Shown here: positions 38,527-48,182 of the stretch, piece by piece
Layout of the letters: each line of letters starts with the position of its first letter
Numbering within the stretch: the stretch's first letter is position 1
Virus record (IMG/VR): IMGVR_UViG_3300005281_000021
Location: 1-64,000 of that record
Origin: a virus
Lineage: Duplodnaviria; Caudoviricetes
Reading direction: 5' to 3' (one strand)
DNA: 64,000 nt
Made by a program: the position numbers and the translations under genes
Notes under the pieces: generated by a model
The model's database searches: none
Seen by the model: only the letters and a program-made list of their open reading frames with translations
What the model was told of the DNA's origin: nothing

Positions 38527-40242
38527 TTACGCCGTCGCCGTCCCGCTGTAGGGCACAGCGTAGATCGTGATCGGGATGTAGTTGATGGGCAGCACCGGCG
38601 AGCACTGGAACTCGACCCGCAGGACGTCGCCCTCGATCGTGGCGCGGATGTTCCGGTAGGGCGGGTTTTCCGCATCGCCGACGATCACGCCAGGACCGGA
38701 CGGCTCCGGACGGGCAAGCTCGCGCAGGGTCGACTCGGTGATGCTGACCGCGCGAGACAGCGAGATCGGCGAGGCCTTCTCGCCGCGCAGGATATCCAGC
38801 GCGTTCCGCACGTTGCGGGCAACGAAGTCGCAGGCGAAGCCGACCGAGACCTCGACGCGGTTGTAGTTGTCGTTGACCAGCCAGGTGGTGATCGACTTGA
38901 CGACCTTGTAACCGCTCGGGGTGTTCTCGACGCACAGCACACCGCCCTCGATCAGGACGTCCGTGTCGGTCGGGTTGCGCAGGTCGCGTTCCAGTCCGCG
39001 CACCTTTATCGTCTTGTTGGTCAACGGGGTGCCCGGGTTCACGCCGGAGAATGCACCGGCGATCATCGCTGCCAGCAGGTACGGCGGGAACAGGGACAGC
39101 TTGCCGTTCTCGTCGTAGTCGTAGTAGCCGATGTGCACCAGCGAGGTGCGGTCGCTGTTGAGCGCCTTCGCAGCGGCCAGCGCATCCTCATCCGACGTGC
39201 CGATGCCCGTGCCGACGATGCCGCGGCGCTCCATGCGCGCGACGTTCGACATAAACGCGCAGTGCGAGTCGTTCATGGCATGAATGGCCGGATCCGAGCT
39301 GACCGGCACCACCCACTGCACATCCACCGTCTGCAGCGTCGTGTAGGCATCGCTCCATTCGCTGTTCGTGACGATGCCGTCCGAGCCGCCGGACAGGTAG
39401 GTGAACGGGATGTTCGCCGGCACAGCGCCAGCGTTGGCCGCACGGGTGGCGGTCACGAAGCCCTCGGTGGTGCTGTTGAACCAGTCGACGATCGCCTGCA
39501 GGTTGGCCGTGGCCACGTAGTCCGCCGTCTTGACGTCCTGGACCGTGACGCTGTCCAAGCCGTTCAGGGCGGGTTTCTGGCCGTTGCCGTCCAGCACGGT
39601 CGCCGTGAAGCCGGTCGTGGTGTTGATGCGGTCGACCAGCTCCTGGATCGTCCTGAACGTGTTCAAATCGATCACCGCCACGTCGGTGCCCGAGGGCGCC
39701 TGCAGATTCACCTGCGTGTTGGTGATCGTCATGACAGCCGTGGCCGCGGCACCGTTGTACCGGATGGAGAAAGCGTTCCGCGCCAGATTGTCCTGCGAGT
39801 AGTAGTCGTTGCCCAGCTGCGTGGTGACGCGCTTGCCGGCATTCGTGCCGTTCTCGATCTTCACCTTGATCTGGTTGGTGTACAGGCCGTAGTCGGTCGA
39901 CACCAGATCGATCACCGGGTTGTTGCTGGAGTCCAGCAGGGTCAGGCTGGCCTGCGTGGCCGGGTTGACGCGGATCGCCACGACGGTCGACGGCCCATTG
40001 GTCTGGGCGCTGGGGTCGAACGCCTTCAGGACAGCCGTCAGCAGCTCGCCACTGCGCAGCACGGCCTGCGCCTCCGACGGGCTGCCGAAGCGCAAGGGAG
40101 TGTTCGGCTTACCGCCGCTCGAACGACCCATCAGAGCAACGACGTTGCCGACCGACAAATTCTGGTTCGCCATTGCGGAGTCGTCCACCACCGACATGGT
40201 GGCGGGCGAGATCCACAGGCGACCGTTGAAGAACACAGCCAT
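38527..40242 (-). CDS. tail sheath protein
   Basis: 571 aa; VVALMGRSSGGKP, PLTNKT, LIEGGVLCVE, VKSITT, PINYI. Confidence 0.9.
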   Translation of the reverse strand: MAVFFNGRLWISPATMSVVDDSAMANQNLSVGNVVALMGRSSGGKPNTPLRFGSPSEAQAVLRSGELLTAVLKAFDPSAQTNGPSTVVAIRVNPATQASLTLLDSSNNPVIDLVSTDYGLYTNQIKVKIENGTNAGKRVTTQLGNDYYSQDNLARNAFSIRYNGAAATAVMTITNTQVNLQAPSGTDVAVIDLNTFRTIQELVDRINTTTGFTATVLDGNGQKPALNGLDSVTVQDVKTADYVATANLQAIVDWFNSTTEGFVTATRAANAGAVPANIPFTYLSGGSDGIVTNSEWSDAYTTLQTVDVQWVVPVSSDPAIHAMNDSHCAFMSNVARMERRGIVGTGIGTSDEDALAAAKALNSDRTSLVHIGYYDYDENGKLSLFPPYLLAAMIAGAFSGVNPGTPLTNKTIKVRGLERDLRNPTDTDVLIEGGVLCVENTPSGYKVVKSITTWLVNDNYNRVEVSVGFACDFVARNVRNALDILRGEKASPISLSRAVSITESTLRELARPEPSGPGVIVGDAENPPYRNIRATIEGDVLRVEFQCSPVLPINYIPITIYAVPYSGTATA

Positions 40243-40253
40243 GATCTCTCACC

Positions 40254-40460
40254 TCAAACAGGTTTTTTCATGAAGGCCTGATACCGGGCGCGGTAAGCGG
40301 ACTCGGCATCCTTGAGTCGGCCAGCTTGCCGTTCGGAGAAGTGGAACGCTCCGATCAGCTCGACCCGTCGGTCGCTCTCCGAAAGACGCTCGCAGAACTC
40401 GTCCAGCGTCAGATCGAAGGTGGCCGGTTCTTTCGGCGTGGGGTTTTCGCTTTTTGCCAT
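40254..40460 (-). CDS. small hypothetical protein
   Basis: 68 aa, GAGGG RBS. Confidence 0.6.
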   Translation of the reverse strand: MAKSENPTPKEPATFDLTLDEFCERLSESDRRVELIGAFHFSERQAGRLKDAESAYRARYQAFMKKPV

Positions 40461-40472
40461 GGGGAATCCCTC

Positions 40473-41324
40473 TCAAGGCTGGGTAATGGGAATTGACACA
40501 TCGACGTTGACGTCCACGTCCTCGATCGCTCCGACCTGAGAGCGGACAATCACGGGCGCGAGACAGGTGAAGGTGTTCACGCACGCGAACAGCGGCACGT
40601 CGAATTCGCCATCCGTGAAATTCGCGTCCTGCGAGGACAGGTCGATCCTGACCATCCCGGCATCGTCGAACACCGGCAGGTTGCCGACGATCACGCGCCG
40701 GATCGCATGCCGCAGATTGATGCGCTCGTCCGGATTGAGCGACCAGCCGGTGATCTTCAGGGACACCTCGGCCAGCCAGCCCTCGCTCTCACGCCAAAAG
40801 CCGCCGATGACCTGGAAGTCGTCGCCCTGCATATCCTCGCCCAGGCCGCGGTCGGGCGGGCTTTCGGATTCCAGCTCGATCGTCACCAGCGGAAACAGCA
40901 AGTCGTCGGTGATCTGCGGAGGCCCCCAGACCACGCGGATCTGGTTGTGCTTGTTGCGCAGCGGGCCGCGCGCGACCTCGACCGCCAGGCCTTCCGCGAG
41001 CCGGCGCCGGACGATGTTCTGCACGTCCGTGCTGGCGTCCTCGTAGGTGGCAGACGGAGTGCCGGATGCCGACGGGCCAGCCTGCCACGTGCCGCCCACC
41101 AGATAATAGGGACGGTAGTAGTAGAGAACGTCGTTCTTGAGCGCCTTCGTGTCCAGCACGACAGGCTCGTCACCCTCGTAGATCCGCACCGACGCCGCGT
41201 CATCCGGGCCGGTGAAAGAGTCGTCCCCCTTGCGCAGGATCCGCCACTGCACGGCGCCAGCCGGCGGCGTCAGGAACAGCCGCATGGCGTTGCCGATCGG
41301 GAGAGGATAGACGGTGTGGATCAT
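40473..41324 (-). CDS. putative tail terminator/neck protein
   Basis: upstream of sheath; FPLVTIEL...GWSLNPDER. Confidence 0.62.
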   Translation of the reverse strand: MIHTVYPLPIGNAMRLFLTPPAGAVQWRILRKGDDSFTGPDDAASVRIYEGDEPVVLDTKALKNDVLYYYRPYYLVGGTWQAGPSASGTPSATYEDASTDVQNIVRRRLAEGLAVEVARGPLRNKHNQIRVVWGPPQITDDLLFPLVTIELESESPPDRGLGEDMQGDDFQVIGGFWRESEGWLAEVSLKITGWSLNPDERINLRHAIRRVIVGNLPVFDDAGMVRIDLSSQDANFTDGEFDVPLFACVNTFTCLAPVIVRSQVGAIEDVDVNVDVSIPITQP

Positions 41325-41382
41325 GCAGAAATCATGCCGTCACGACCCACCGTGGACCGGGCGTGACGGTATCTTGCAGGCA
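41324..41382. promoter_or_regulatory. back-to-back late promoters, both leaderless
   Basis: minus GTCGTGA-cggc-ATGAT-ttctgc-ATG; plus GGCGTGA-cggt-ATCTT-gcaggc-ATG. Confidence 0.75.
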
Positions 41383-42182
41383 TGGCCGACTATCGCATCT
41401 CCGTAGACCTGGGTGGGCTCGCCTCCATCCGGCAAGTGATCAACCGGGACGTCTTCCCCCTGTTGAACCAGGCCGTGCGCGCCGTCGCCTTCCAGACCGC
41501 CAAGAACTGGAAGCAGGCTGTCATGGAAGCGAAGCTGTGGAGCGGGGAAAAGGACGCCTACGTCAAGTCGATCACCTGGACGATGACCGGCGACCTGAGC
41601 GCCGTCGTCCAGGCGGACTATCGGCACGCCGAGGAAATCGAAAAGGGCCGACCGCAGCGCGACCTCAAGAAGATGCTCGACACCAGTCTGAAGGTCAGGG
41701 CATCGAAGCAGGGCGTCCGCTACCTCTACATCCCGTTCCGGCACAACACGCCCGGGCACGGCGCCTGGGCGAAGGCCATGCCGCCCAACATCTACGAGAT
41801 GGCGAAGGAGATGGCGCCGTCCACGGTGGTCGGCAAGAAGCAGCGCCGCTCCGGCACCGGCGCCTACGACATCAAGACCAAAAAATTCTTGACCGTCAAC
41901 CAGAACACATACCAGTGGGGTGGCCGGCTGCCCGCCGGGCTGGCACCGAAGCTAAACCCGACCCACAAGACCGACCCCTACGCCGGCATGGTGCGGTTCA
42001 ACACCTCCACCCCGAACGCCAAGTCCAGCGCATACCTGACCTTCCGCACAATGAGCGAGAAGTCCAAGGGCTGGATCGTGCCGGCCAAGCCCGGCCTGTT
42101 CATCGCCAAGCAGGTGGTCGACAACATGAAGCCGCTGGCGGGCGCCGCCTTCACCGAGGCAATCAAGCGGTCGCTCGACTAG
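41382..42182 (+). CDS. neck/tail-completion protein (HK97 gp10-like), inverted orientation
   Basis: YVKSI...AEEIEKG..DLKKML...YLYIPFRH...FRTMS...WIVP. Confidence 0.65.
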   Translation: MADYRISVDLGGLASIRQVINRDVFPLLNQAVRAVAFQTAKNWKQAVMEAKLWSGEKDAYVKSITWTMTGDLSAVVQADYRHAEEIEKGRPQRDLKKMLDTSLKVRASKQGVRYLYIPFRHNTPGHGAWAKAMPPNIYEMAKEMAPSTVVGKKQRRSGTGAYDIKTKKFLTVNQNTYQWGGRLPAGLAPKLNPTHKTDPYAGMVRFNTSTPNAKSSAYLTFRTMSEKSKGWIVPAKPGLFIAKQVVDNMKPLAGAAFTEAIKRSLD

Positions 42183-42820
42183 CGGCCCATCAAGTCCCAC
42201 TTCCGCAGCACGACCCGCCGCGGCAGCTTGGCGCCGCGGTGCTCGTTGCGGTCGGCGGCAAATGGCCCGAAGCAGTAATACTCGCTGTAGCGCGTCCCGT
42301 TGATGGTGTACGGCTTCTCAAGCGGCGGCTCGCCGCCGTTCGGCCAGGACAGGTCGCCGTCCGGCGACACCACCGGGATGCCTCCCTCGACGATGTTCCC
42401 GTCGTCGTCCAGCCAAAATACACGGCTCACGGACTCCACCGGCACCAGTAGGCGCTCGTTGGGCTCGCCATGGACGAGCACCCGCGAGAACGGGTCGGTC
42501 GCGTTCAACATGACCACGCGGTCGAACTGGCCCATGTGGTAGGCCGGGGAATTGCTGGGCAGCACTGCCACCGAGTCGCCGGACTCCCACAGACCGAACT
42601 CGGCCCACTTCAGCTGCACGTCCTGATTGGCAACACCGATCGTTGTCCGCACCGGCGGCGACTCCCAGAATCGGCCCTTGCCGAAGCAGCGCGGGCAATT
42701 CGGCGTTGCCGACCCGGACGCCGGGTTGATGCACGGGCAGGTATGCGCCCGCGACCACAGGCAGTCCTGCCCGATGTGACGCAGGAACGAGTTAAACGCT
42801 GCGGGACTCAGTCGCGGCAC
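42179..42820 (-). CDS. head closure/neck protein
   Basis: CPC...CPRCFGKG, FDRVV. Confidence 0.68.
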   Translation of the reverse strand: MPRLSPAAFNSFLRHIGQDCLWSRAHTCPCINPASGSATPNCPRCFGKGRFWESPPVRTTIGVANQDVQLKWAEFGLWESGDSVAVLPSNSPAYHMGQFDRVVMLNATDPFSRVLVHGEPNERLLVPVESVSRVFWLDDDGNIVEGGIPVVSPDGDLSWPNGGEPPLEKPYTINGTRYSEYYCFGPFAADRNEHRGAKLPRRVVLRKWDLMGR

Positions 42821-43002
42821 GTTTCACCCCCCACAAGAGGCCCCTCGTCATTTCCCAGGAAACGCTTCGCCAGCGGTTCCCCGCCAGGCGGGGTATCCTG
42901 CGGGCCGGGCTCGTGCGGGACAAACCGCCCGCCCCCGATGTGGCGCATGACGCGCCCGCCGTAGTTGACGAGCGCGCCGACCGGCAATTCGGATCCGTCC
43001 AT
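42808..43002 (-). CDS. small hypothetical protein
   Basis: TGATG coupling to the upstream gene. Confidence 0.4.
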   Translation of the reverse strand: MDGSELPVGALVNYGGRVMRHIGGGRFVPHEPGPQDTPPGGEPLAKRFLGNDEGPLVGGETCRD

Positions 43003-44114
43003 CAGATACCTCCCATCGCGCCAAAGCGCACGCCGTGAATCGCGGCCATCAGGCCGCCGTTGGTGCCCTTGTCGCCATAGAGGACGTGGTCAATCACGTC
43101 CTGATAGCCGTCCATCTGGACGGAGACCGACTGCGACAGGCCATCGGCGCTGATCGAGCCGGACTGCGGCAGGTAGCGGTCCTGAACGACCTTCAGCACC
43201 GCCTTCTTCTTGATCGCGTCCAGCAGATCGGGGAAGTCCCGGGCGACGTTCTCAAGCCCAGCCACGTAGGTGAGCTGGATCATGAGCGGGATGGTGCGGC
43301 CACCGCCCAGCGCCTGCATCAAGAACGCCGACAGCGGCGCAGCGAAGGTGCTCGTCGCCGGCACGAAGCGGATGTGGCCGTACTTCGCGTCCATCCGGAT
43401 CCAGTCCAGCGGCAGGTCGAACATGCCCTGCACCTGGTCGGGATAGACGAACCGCACCCGAGTCACCCGGTGCACCGGCTTAAAGCGGGTGACCAGGAAG
43501 CCCCACTTCTCGCCCTGGAAGAAGCCTGGGTCGTAGTCGTAGCCGGGATCGATCGCCCAGGGCATGCCAGGCGGCAGTGCCGCCAGCTCCGCCGGGGTCG
43601 GCTCGATCGGGAAATACTGAGTCGGCACCAGCGGTACGCGCAGCTCCCGCGCAATTTCCGCCTCTGCGGCGAGCACCTTGCTCCACAGGTAGCCGTCCGT
43701 CAGGACGATGTCCGGATCCAGCAGGGACGCCGCCGCGGTCAGGCGGTCGTTGCGGATCTCGTCGACGACGACGTCGCGCACGAACAGCTGTGACGCGACC
43801 GGCTCCGTGACCGATTCCACCTGCATGCTGAACCGGCGCACGCCAAAAGCGTCGCTGGCCAGCAGCAGGATCAGATTGCCCGGCTGCAGGCCGGACGAGA
43901 CGGCGGACGGCACGTCGACAGCAACGACGCCGCTCGACCAGTCCGCGCCGGCGGCAGCCGGATCCGGCGCCGGCAGGTCGTCGACGTGCGTGCGGCCATC
44001 AGACGTGTACAGAGCCGCCGTGATGCTGGCCGACGTGCCGATCGGTACGCCGGCACCGTCCTGGCGCACCGTCACAGTGAGGTGGGCGTCCTGCCCAATG
44101 ACGATCGTGCTCAT
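43002..44114 (-). CDS. head-tail adaptor/neck protein
   Basis: PLMIQLTYVAGL, SISADGLSQS. Confidence 0.7.
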   Translation of the reverse strand: MSTIVIGQDAHLTVTVRQDGAGVPIGTSASITAALYTSDGRTHVDDLPAPDPAAAGADWSSGVVAVDVPSAVSSGLQPGNLILLLASDAFGVRRFSMQVESVTEPVASQLFVRDVVVDEIRNDRLTAAASLLDPDIVLTDGYLWSKVLAAEAEIARELRVPLVPTQYFPIEPTPAELAALPPGMPWAIDPGYDYDPGFFQGEKWGFLVTRFKPVHRVTRVRFVYPDQVQGMFDLPLDWIRMDAKYGHIRFVPATSTFAAPLSAFLMQALGGGRTIPLMIQLTYVAGLENVARDFPDLLDAIKKKAVLKVVQDRYLPQSGSISADGLSQSVSVQMDGYQDVIDHVLYGDKGTNGGLMAAIHGVRFGAMGGI

Positions 44115-44129
44115 GCAATCCCCGAGACA

Positions 44130-44178
44130 GAAAGGCCGCAGGGCGGGTCACACCCCACCGCTGCGGCCTGTGACCCGC
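44130..44178 (-). terminator. terminator/antiterminator pair
   Basis: interleaved 10-bp and 9-bp inverted repeats, then UUCUGU. Confidence 0.5.
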
Positions 44179-44189
44179 AAGCCAGCCGG

Positions 44190-44414
44190 TTAGTTGGCGT
44201 CTTCCAGCGCCTTGATGCGAGCAGCCAAGGCCGAGATGGTCGCCTGCAGGTTGCCGGCGGACACGCCGTTGGTGGCATCCGCGGAAACCGTGACATTCGT
44301 CGCGTCCACGGTGTCGCCGCCACCAGCGGCCTGTTCCAGAGCAGCGATGCGGTCGCCCAGCTTGGCGCGCTTGGAGCCGGGCGTCATGTTGTTCAGAACT
44401 CGGGTGATATCCAT
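44190..44414 (-). CDS. small virion protein
   Basis: AAGGA RBS; RIAALE/RIKALE coiled-coil motifs. Confidence 0.62.
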   Translation of the reverse strand: MDITRVLNNMTPGSKRAKLGDRIAALEQAAGGGDTVDATNVTVSADATNGVSAGNLQATISALAARIKALEDAN

Positions 44415-44435
44415 GATCGATCCTTTGCGGTGGGG

Positions 44436-44735
44436 TTACTCGGCAGCCTTGTCCGCCTTGCTGCGGCGCGAGCGGGTGCCGCTTTGGGGCTCCGCGGGTT
44501 CGGCGGGTTTTTCCCCTTCCGGCTCCTTGCCGCCTGCTGCAGCCTTCTCGCCAGCGCCGGATTTGTCTCCACCGGCAGCAGGCTCCAGCAGGGCGTAGCC
44601 GGGCACCAGCAGGAATGCCTTGGCGGCAGCCTCGTCGATTTCCTCGGACACCATCCCGCCGTCGGGATGAGGGTCAAACTTGACGCCGTTTATCAGCGTC
44701 GACGTATTCGGTAGTTTGCAGATGACTCGCGGCAT
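44436..44735 (-). CDS. capsid-associated hypothetical protein
   Basis: GGAG RBS; directly after MCP; low-complexity tail. Confidence 0.65.
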   Translation of the reverse strand: MPRVICKLPNTSTLINGVKFDPHPDGGMVSEEIDEAAAKAFLLVPGYALLEPAAGGDKSGAGEKAAAGGKEPEGEKPAEPAEPQSGTRSRRSKADKAAE

Positions 44736-44745
44736 GGCTCTCTCC

Positions 44746-44778
44746 AAAAACCCGGGGCCGCACCAGCAGCCCCGGGTT
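44746..44778 (-). terminator. intrinsic terminator after capsid gene
   Basis: AACCCGGGGC/GCCCCGGGTT stem then U run. Confidence 0.7.
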
Positions 44779-44791
44779 ATTCACCCTCGGA

Positions 44792-46252
44792 TCAGGCGAA
44801 GGGCTTCCACTTCGCGCCATCGGGGAGGATGTTCTCGATGATGGCGTGGTGACGCCGCTTGGAGATCCGCAGGTAGCCGAACAGCAGCTGCGCCCAGGGC
44901 ACGACAGCCGACACGGTCGGGTACAGCGGGAACTTCAGCATCGGCAGAAGCTGGCGCCAGGTGATGGCGTTAGCGCCGGGCGTCATGTTCAGGATGTACG
45001 CCTTGGTCGTGCCGGGGATCTTGCGGTTCTTGTCGACCCAGGTGGTGGTGCCACCGGCAGCCTTCGGGATCCGCGTGACCAGACGGAAGTCGTCCGGGTT
45101 GTTCGTGCCGTTCTTGCGGGAACGGTAGATGGCATACCCGGTTTCTTGTCCGCCGCTCGACGCCGTGATCGACAGAGTCACTTCCTGGCCTTGCGACACC
45201 GCCACTTGCGTGGTGATCACGCCGGTGGATTGGCCGGCGGCGCTCACACCGGTGACCAGGTAGTAGTAGTTGCCGCCATGGCTGGCGCCCCACTTGCTGT
45301 CGGCACCGCCGGCACCAGCCGAAGCGGAAACCGACTGCGGCTTGAACGCGTTGTTCGCGGCAGCCACGACGGGGAAGTCGACCTCGAAGGGCTTCAGCTG
45401 GCCTTCGTCGCGCACGAAAACGTCCGGCTTGGCGGCAATGTCACCCCACGAGGTGCGGATGCCCTTCACCGGAGCGCCCAGCATGATATCTTGGCCGGTA
45501 CCGGACAGCGACACGCGGAAGGCCGGGTCGAGGTTGGTGTCGAAGTCGGCCTGGGTCAGCTGGCTCATGAAGATGTGCGTCGGGCGCCCGAAGTTGCCGT
45601 AGGCGCTCACCGTCGCGGCGGCCTTGTTCACCAGATCGATCGAGGCCAGCGACTGACCCTCGGCGTCCAGCAGGTTGTCGGAGCTGACCTGACCGGCGCT
45701 GATACCCTCGACGATCTGGGCGTACACGCCAGGGAACTCAGTCGGCACGACCATGTCGTCGCCCTCGAAGCAGAGGAACTCCGCATCGGTCAGCAGCTGC
45801 AGGGCACCGTTCTGCTGCTCGGTGGCTTCCGAGTCAGCGATGGTGTTCTGCAGGGTCTGCACGAAGGACACCTCACGGCGGGTCATGAGGTACTTCACCA
45901 GACCCACGCGGCGGGCATAGCTGCCGGTGGCCTGAGCGATCGAGCCGGTTTCGGTGTTGGTCGAGCCACCGAGGAAACCGCCCACGCTCGACTGTTCAGT
46001 CCACTCGTCGACCGTCGCGGTCGCGTTGGTCTTCTGCAGCTCGTTGAACAGCGCAAAGTGCTGGTTTTCCTGGATGGTGGCCATCATGGTCTTGTCCAGG
46101 GACTGGATGCGCAGGGCGCCGCCACCGGTCAAGGCCGCAACGTCCGTGCCGTAGCCGGCTTCGAGGGCTTTGCGCAGCTCGGTCACGTCGTTGAACGACA
46201 TCGCGCCGGTCATGCTGGCCCCGGCCGCAATTTGGGGGAGCTGAATATTCAT
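44792..46252 (-). CDS. major capsid protein (Herelleviridae-like)
   Basis: KALEAGYGTD...GGALRIQSLD, EFLCFEGD, EFPGV; 486 aa; followed by terminator. Confidence 0.88.
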   Translation of the reverse strand: MNIQLPQIAAGASMTGAMSFNDVTELRKALEAGYGTDVAALTGGGALRIQSLDKTMMATIQENQHFALFNELQKTNATATVDEWTEQSSVGGFLGGSTNTETGSIAQATGSYARRVGLVKYLMTRREVSFVQTLQNTIADSEATEQQNGALQLLTDAEFLCFEGDDMVVPTEFPGVYAQIVEGISAGQVSSDNLLDAEGQSLASIDLVNKAAATVSAYGNFGRPTHIFMSQLTQADFDTNLDPAFRVSLSGTGQDIMLGAPVKGIRTSWGDIAAKPDVFVRDEGQLKPFEVDFPVVAAANNAFKPQSVSASAGAGGADSKWGASHGGNYYYLVTGVSAAGQSTGVITTQVAVSQGQEVTLSITASSGGQETGYAIYRSRKNGTNNPDDFRLVTRIPKAAGGTTTWVDKNRKIPGTTKAYILNMTPGANAITWRQLLPMLKFPLYPTVSAVVPWAQLLFGYLRISKRRHHAIIENILPDGAKWKPFA

Positions 46253-46288
46253 TTTCGGTTCCTTACTTCCTTACGGTGAAGGGGCTGG

Positions 46289-46957
46289 TTACTTAGCGGC
46301 GACACGCGCCTTGATGTCTGCCGGGACATCCATGCCCCGGTTCAGATACGACTCGGCCCGAGCGACGTCGTGGCCGGTCAGACGGCCAGCGCGCATGGCA
46401 TCAATAGCCTTTGCCATGAACTCGTCGGGCGTGATGCCCTCGGGCTCGGATTTCTTGAGAACGCTGGGACGTTCGGTGACAGAAACAACGGCCTTGCGAC
46501 CGCGGCCCTCGCCGGCCAGCGCCTTGACCTGTTCCTGCAGGGACTTGATCAGATCGGATTGCTCCTTCAGCTGCTCACCCTGCGACTTGATCAAATCGAC
46601 AGCAATGCCGAGCGCCTTCGTCATGTCAGCCTCGGTGATCTCGACGCGATGGATGAGGGACTTCACCAGCTCGGTACCGTCGATGGCCTCGACCGTGGTG
46701 CCGTCCTCAAGCGTGAACGACAGGCTCTTACCCATCGGCTCGCCTTCGTCGTCATCGCCGTCGACATCTAGGCCGGCGTCATCCTCGCCCAGATCGGCGT
46801 CGTCGCCACCTTCACCGCCAGAAGCGGCGGCAGCTTCGGCAGCCGCATCTTCGCCGGCAGCGGCGGCGATCTTCGCATCACCGTCCTCGTCAGCGTCGGC
46901 GTCGGGTTGAGCCTTCGCCAGCAATTCGAGGTCTTCCATGAGTTTATCGAAGCTCAT
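46289..46957 (-). CDS. scaffold protein
   Basis: acidic coiled coil between protease and MCP with many (L/M)xK(S/A) sites. Confidence 0.72.
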   Translation of the reverse strand: MSFDKLMEDLELLAKAQPDADADEDGDAKIAAAAGEDAAAEAAAASGGEGGDDADLGEDDAGLDVDGDDDEGEPMGKSLSFTLEDGTTVEAIDGTELVKSLIHRVEITEADMTKALGIAVDLIKSQGEQLKEQSDLIKSLQEQVKALAGEGRGRKAVVSVTERPSVLKKSEPEGITPDEFMAKAIDAMRAGRLTGHDVARAESYLNRGMDVPADIKARVAAK

Positions 46958-46959
46958 GA

Positions 46960-47850
46960 TTATCTCCGTTTCAAAACGTGGTTCAGATCGCGCGCAAAGC
47001 GCTTCACGAGGTCAGCCGCCTGATCTGGCGAAAGGCCGAACTTGAAGGAGCAATACTCCGCGATTTCTTTGAGGCCCGGATCATCGCCAACGAGTCCGCG
47101 GCGCAGATCATCCGAAAGCACGTCTCGGATTTCGTAGTAGTTGGCCGGCACGCCGTGCAGGGACTGCTTGCGCAGCGAGCCGCCACCTTCCAGCGTCGCC
47201 GAATCCGTCCCGTAGCCCGCCTCGAGCGCCTTCGTGAGGTTCAGGCCGTCCGGCGTCCAGGATTTCGCCAGCGCGCCGAACGGGACGGTGGCGACCATCC
47301 CCACGTGCTGGTTGACGGGCTGGCGACTAATGGCAAGGTTTGTCCACCTCACCTTCGTGACGACCGCGACCTTTTCTTTCGTCTCGGGGTCGATCTTGGC
47401 AGACTTTGCCAACACGGTGCCGCCCACGCTCGGATACCACCGGGCGGGCGGGTTCAGCTTAGTCATGCTGTCCCAAACCATGTTGGCGCGCGCAGCCAGC
47501 TGCGTATCACCGGAATACAGGCGCGCCTTAACGAAGGTCACGCCGTCCTTAAACTTGACGTCGACAGGCTGCCCAATCTCCCACGCCTCGGGATCGGTGA
47601 TGCCGTACTGGCGCGCCACCGAGGGCATAGACTTGTGGTCGATGTCGAGATTCCCGAACTTCAGGAAGTGCTCAGCGGAGTCTTGGAGCGCTTTGCACAG
47701 CACGACCTCGTTCTGCTGGTCTCTCCCTTCCTGCGACGCTTCCAAATAGATGAAGCGGTCCCCTGCTTCCTCGGCGGGAGTCGCCTTCAGCATGGACTCG
47801 ATGGAGATGAAGTCGGGGACTTTCCCGAGCAGTTGCTCGTCGGTTTCCAT
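46960..47850 (-). CDS. prohead protease
   Basis: EASQEGRDQQNE, GNLDIDH, IGQP, PSVGG, LAISRQPVN. Confidence 0.8.
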   Translation of the reverse strand: METDEQLLGKVPDFISIESMLKATPAEEAGDRFIYLEASQEGRDQQNEVVLCKALQDSAEHFLKFGNLDIDHKSMPSVARQYGITDPEAWEIGQPVDVKFKDGVTFVKARLYSGDTQLAARANMVWDSMTKLNPPARWYPSVGGTVLAKSAKIDPETKEKVAVVTKVRWTNLAISRQPVNQHVGMVATVPFGALAKSWTPDGLNLTKALEAGYGTDSATLEGGGSLRKQSLHGVPANYYEIRDVLSDDLRRGLVGDDPGLKEIAEYCSFKFGLSPDQAADLVKRFARDLNHVLKRR

Positions 47851-47872
47851 GACGCAATGATCACGTCACGAC
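47850..47872 (-). promoter_or_regulatory. late promoter, leaderless (head operon)
   Basis: GTCGTGA-cgtg-ATCAT-tgcgtc-ATG. Confidence 0.75.
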
Positions 47873-47884
47873 CGGGCGCATCAC

Positions 47885-47908
47885 AAAAAAGACCGCCCCG
47901 AAGGCGGC
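47885..47908 (-). terminator. intrinsic terminator
   Basis: GGCCGCC-TTCG-GGGCGGTC hairpin then U6. Confidence 0.65.
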
Positions 47909-47933
47909 CAAGATCCCAAGGTAGGATGGCCGG

Positions 47934-48182
47934 TCAGATGCCGAGCGACTCCCGCGCCCGAGCGATGATCAGGTTCAGCTTGCCGCGCTCGAGCACCAGA
48001 TGCTGGTAGCGATCCTCGTACTCCGGCATACCCATCTTCGCCTTCGGCGCGACGAACTCCAGCTCGGTGTTGCACGCATCCAGCAGCCGCTCGGCGTGCG
48101 CCAGTATCTGCCGCTCGGCGGATTCCGTGCGCTGCGACAGAGCCTGCAGCTGCGCGAGCGAAGCTATGGTCGAGTCCTTCAC
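47934..48182 (-). CDS. hypothetical protein
   Basis: GGAGG RBS, GTG start. Confidence 0.55.
   Translation of the reverse strand: MKDSTIASLAQLQALSQRTESAERQILAHAERLLDACNTELEFVAPKAKMGMPEYEDRYQHLVLERGKLNLIIARARESLGI

Noticed and set aside
33179-40281. Long plus-strand ORFs (e.g. 34669-37548, 38032-40281)
   Set aside because: Antisense shadows of GC-rich structural genes with no motifs; the same applies to 10844-12667 and 48415-50628
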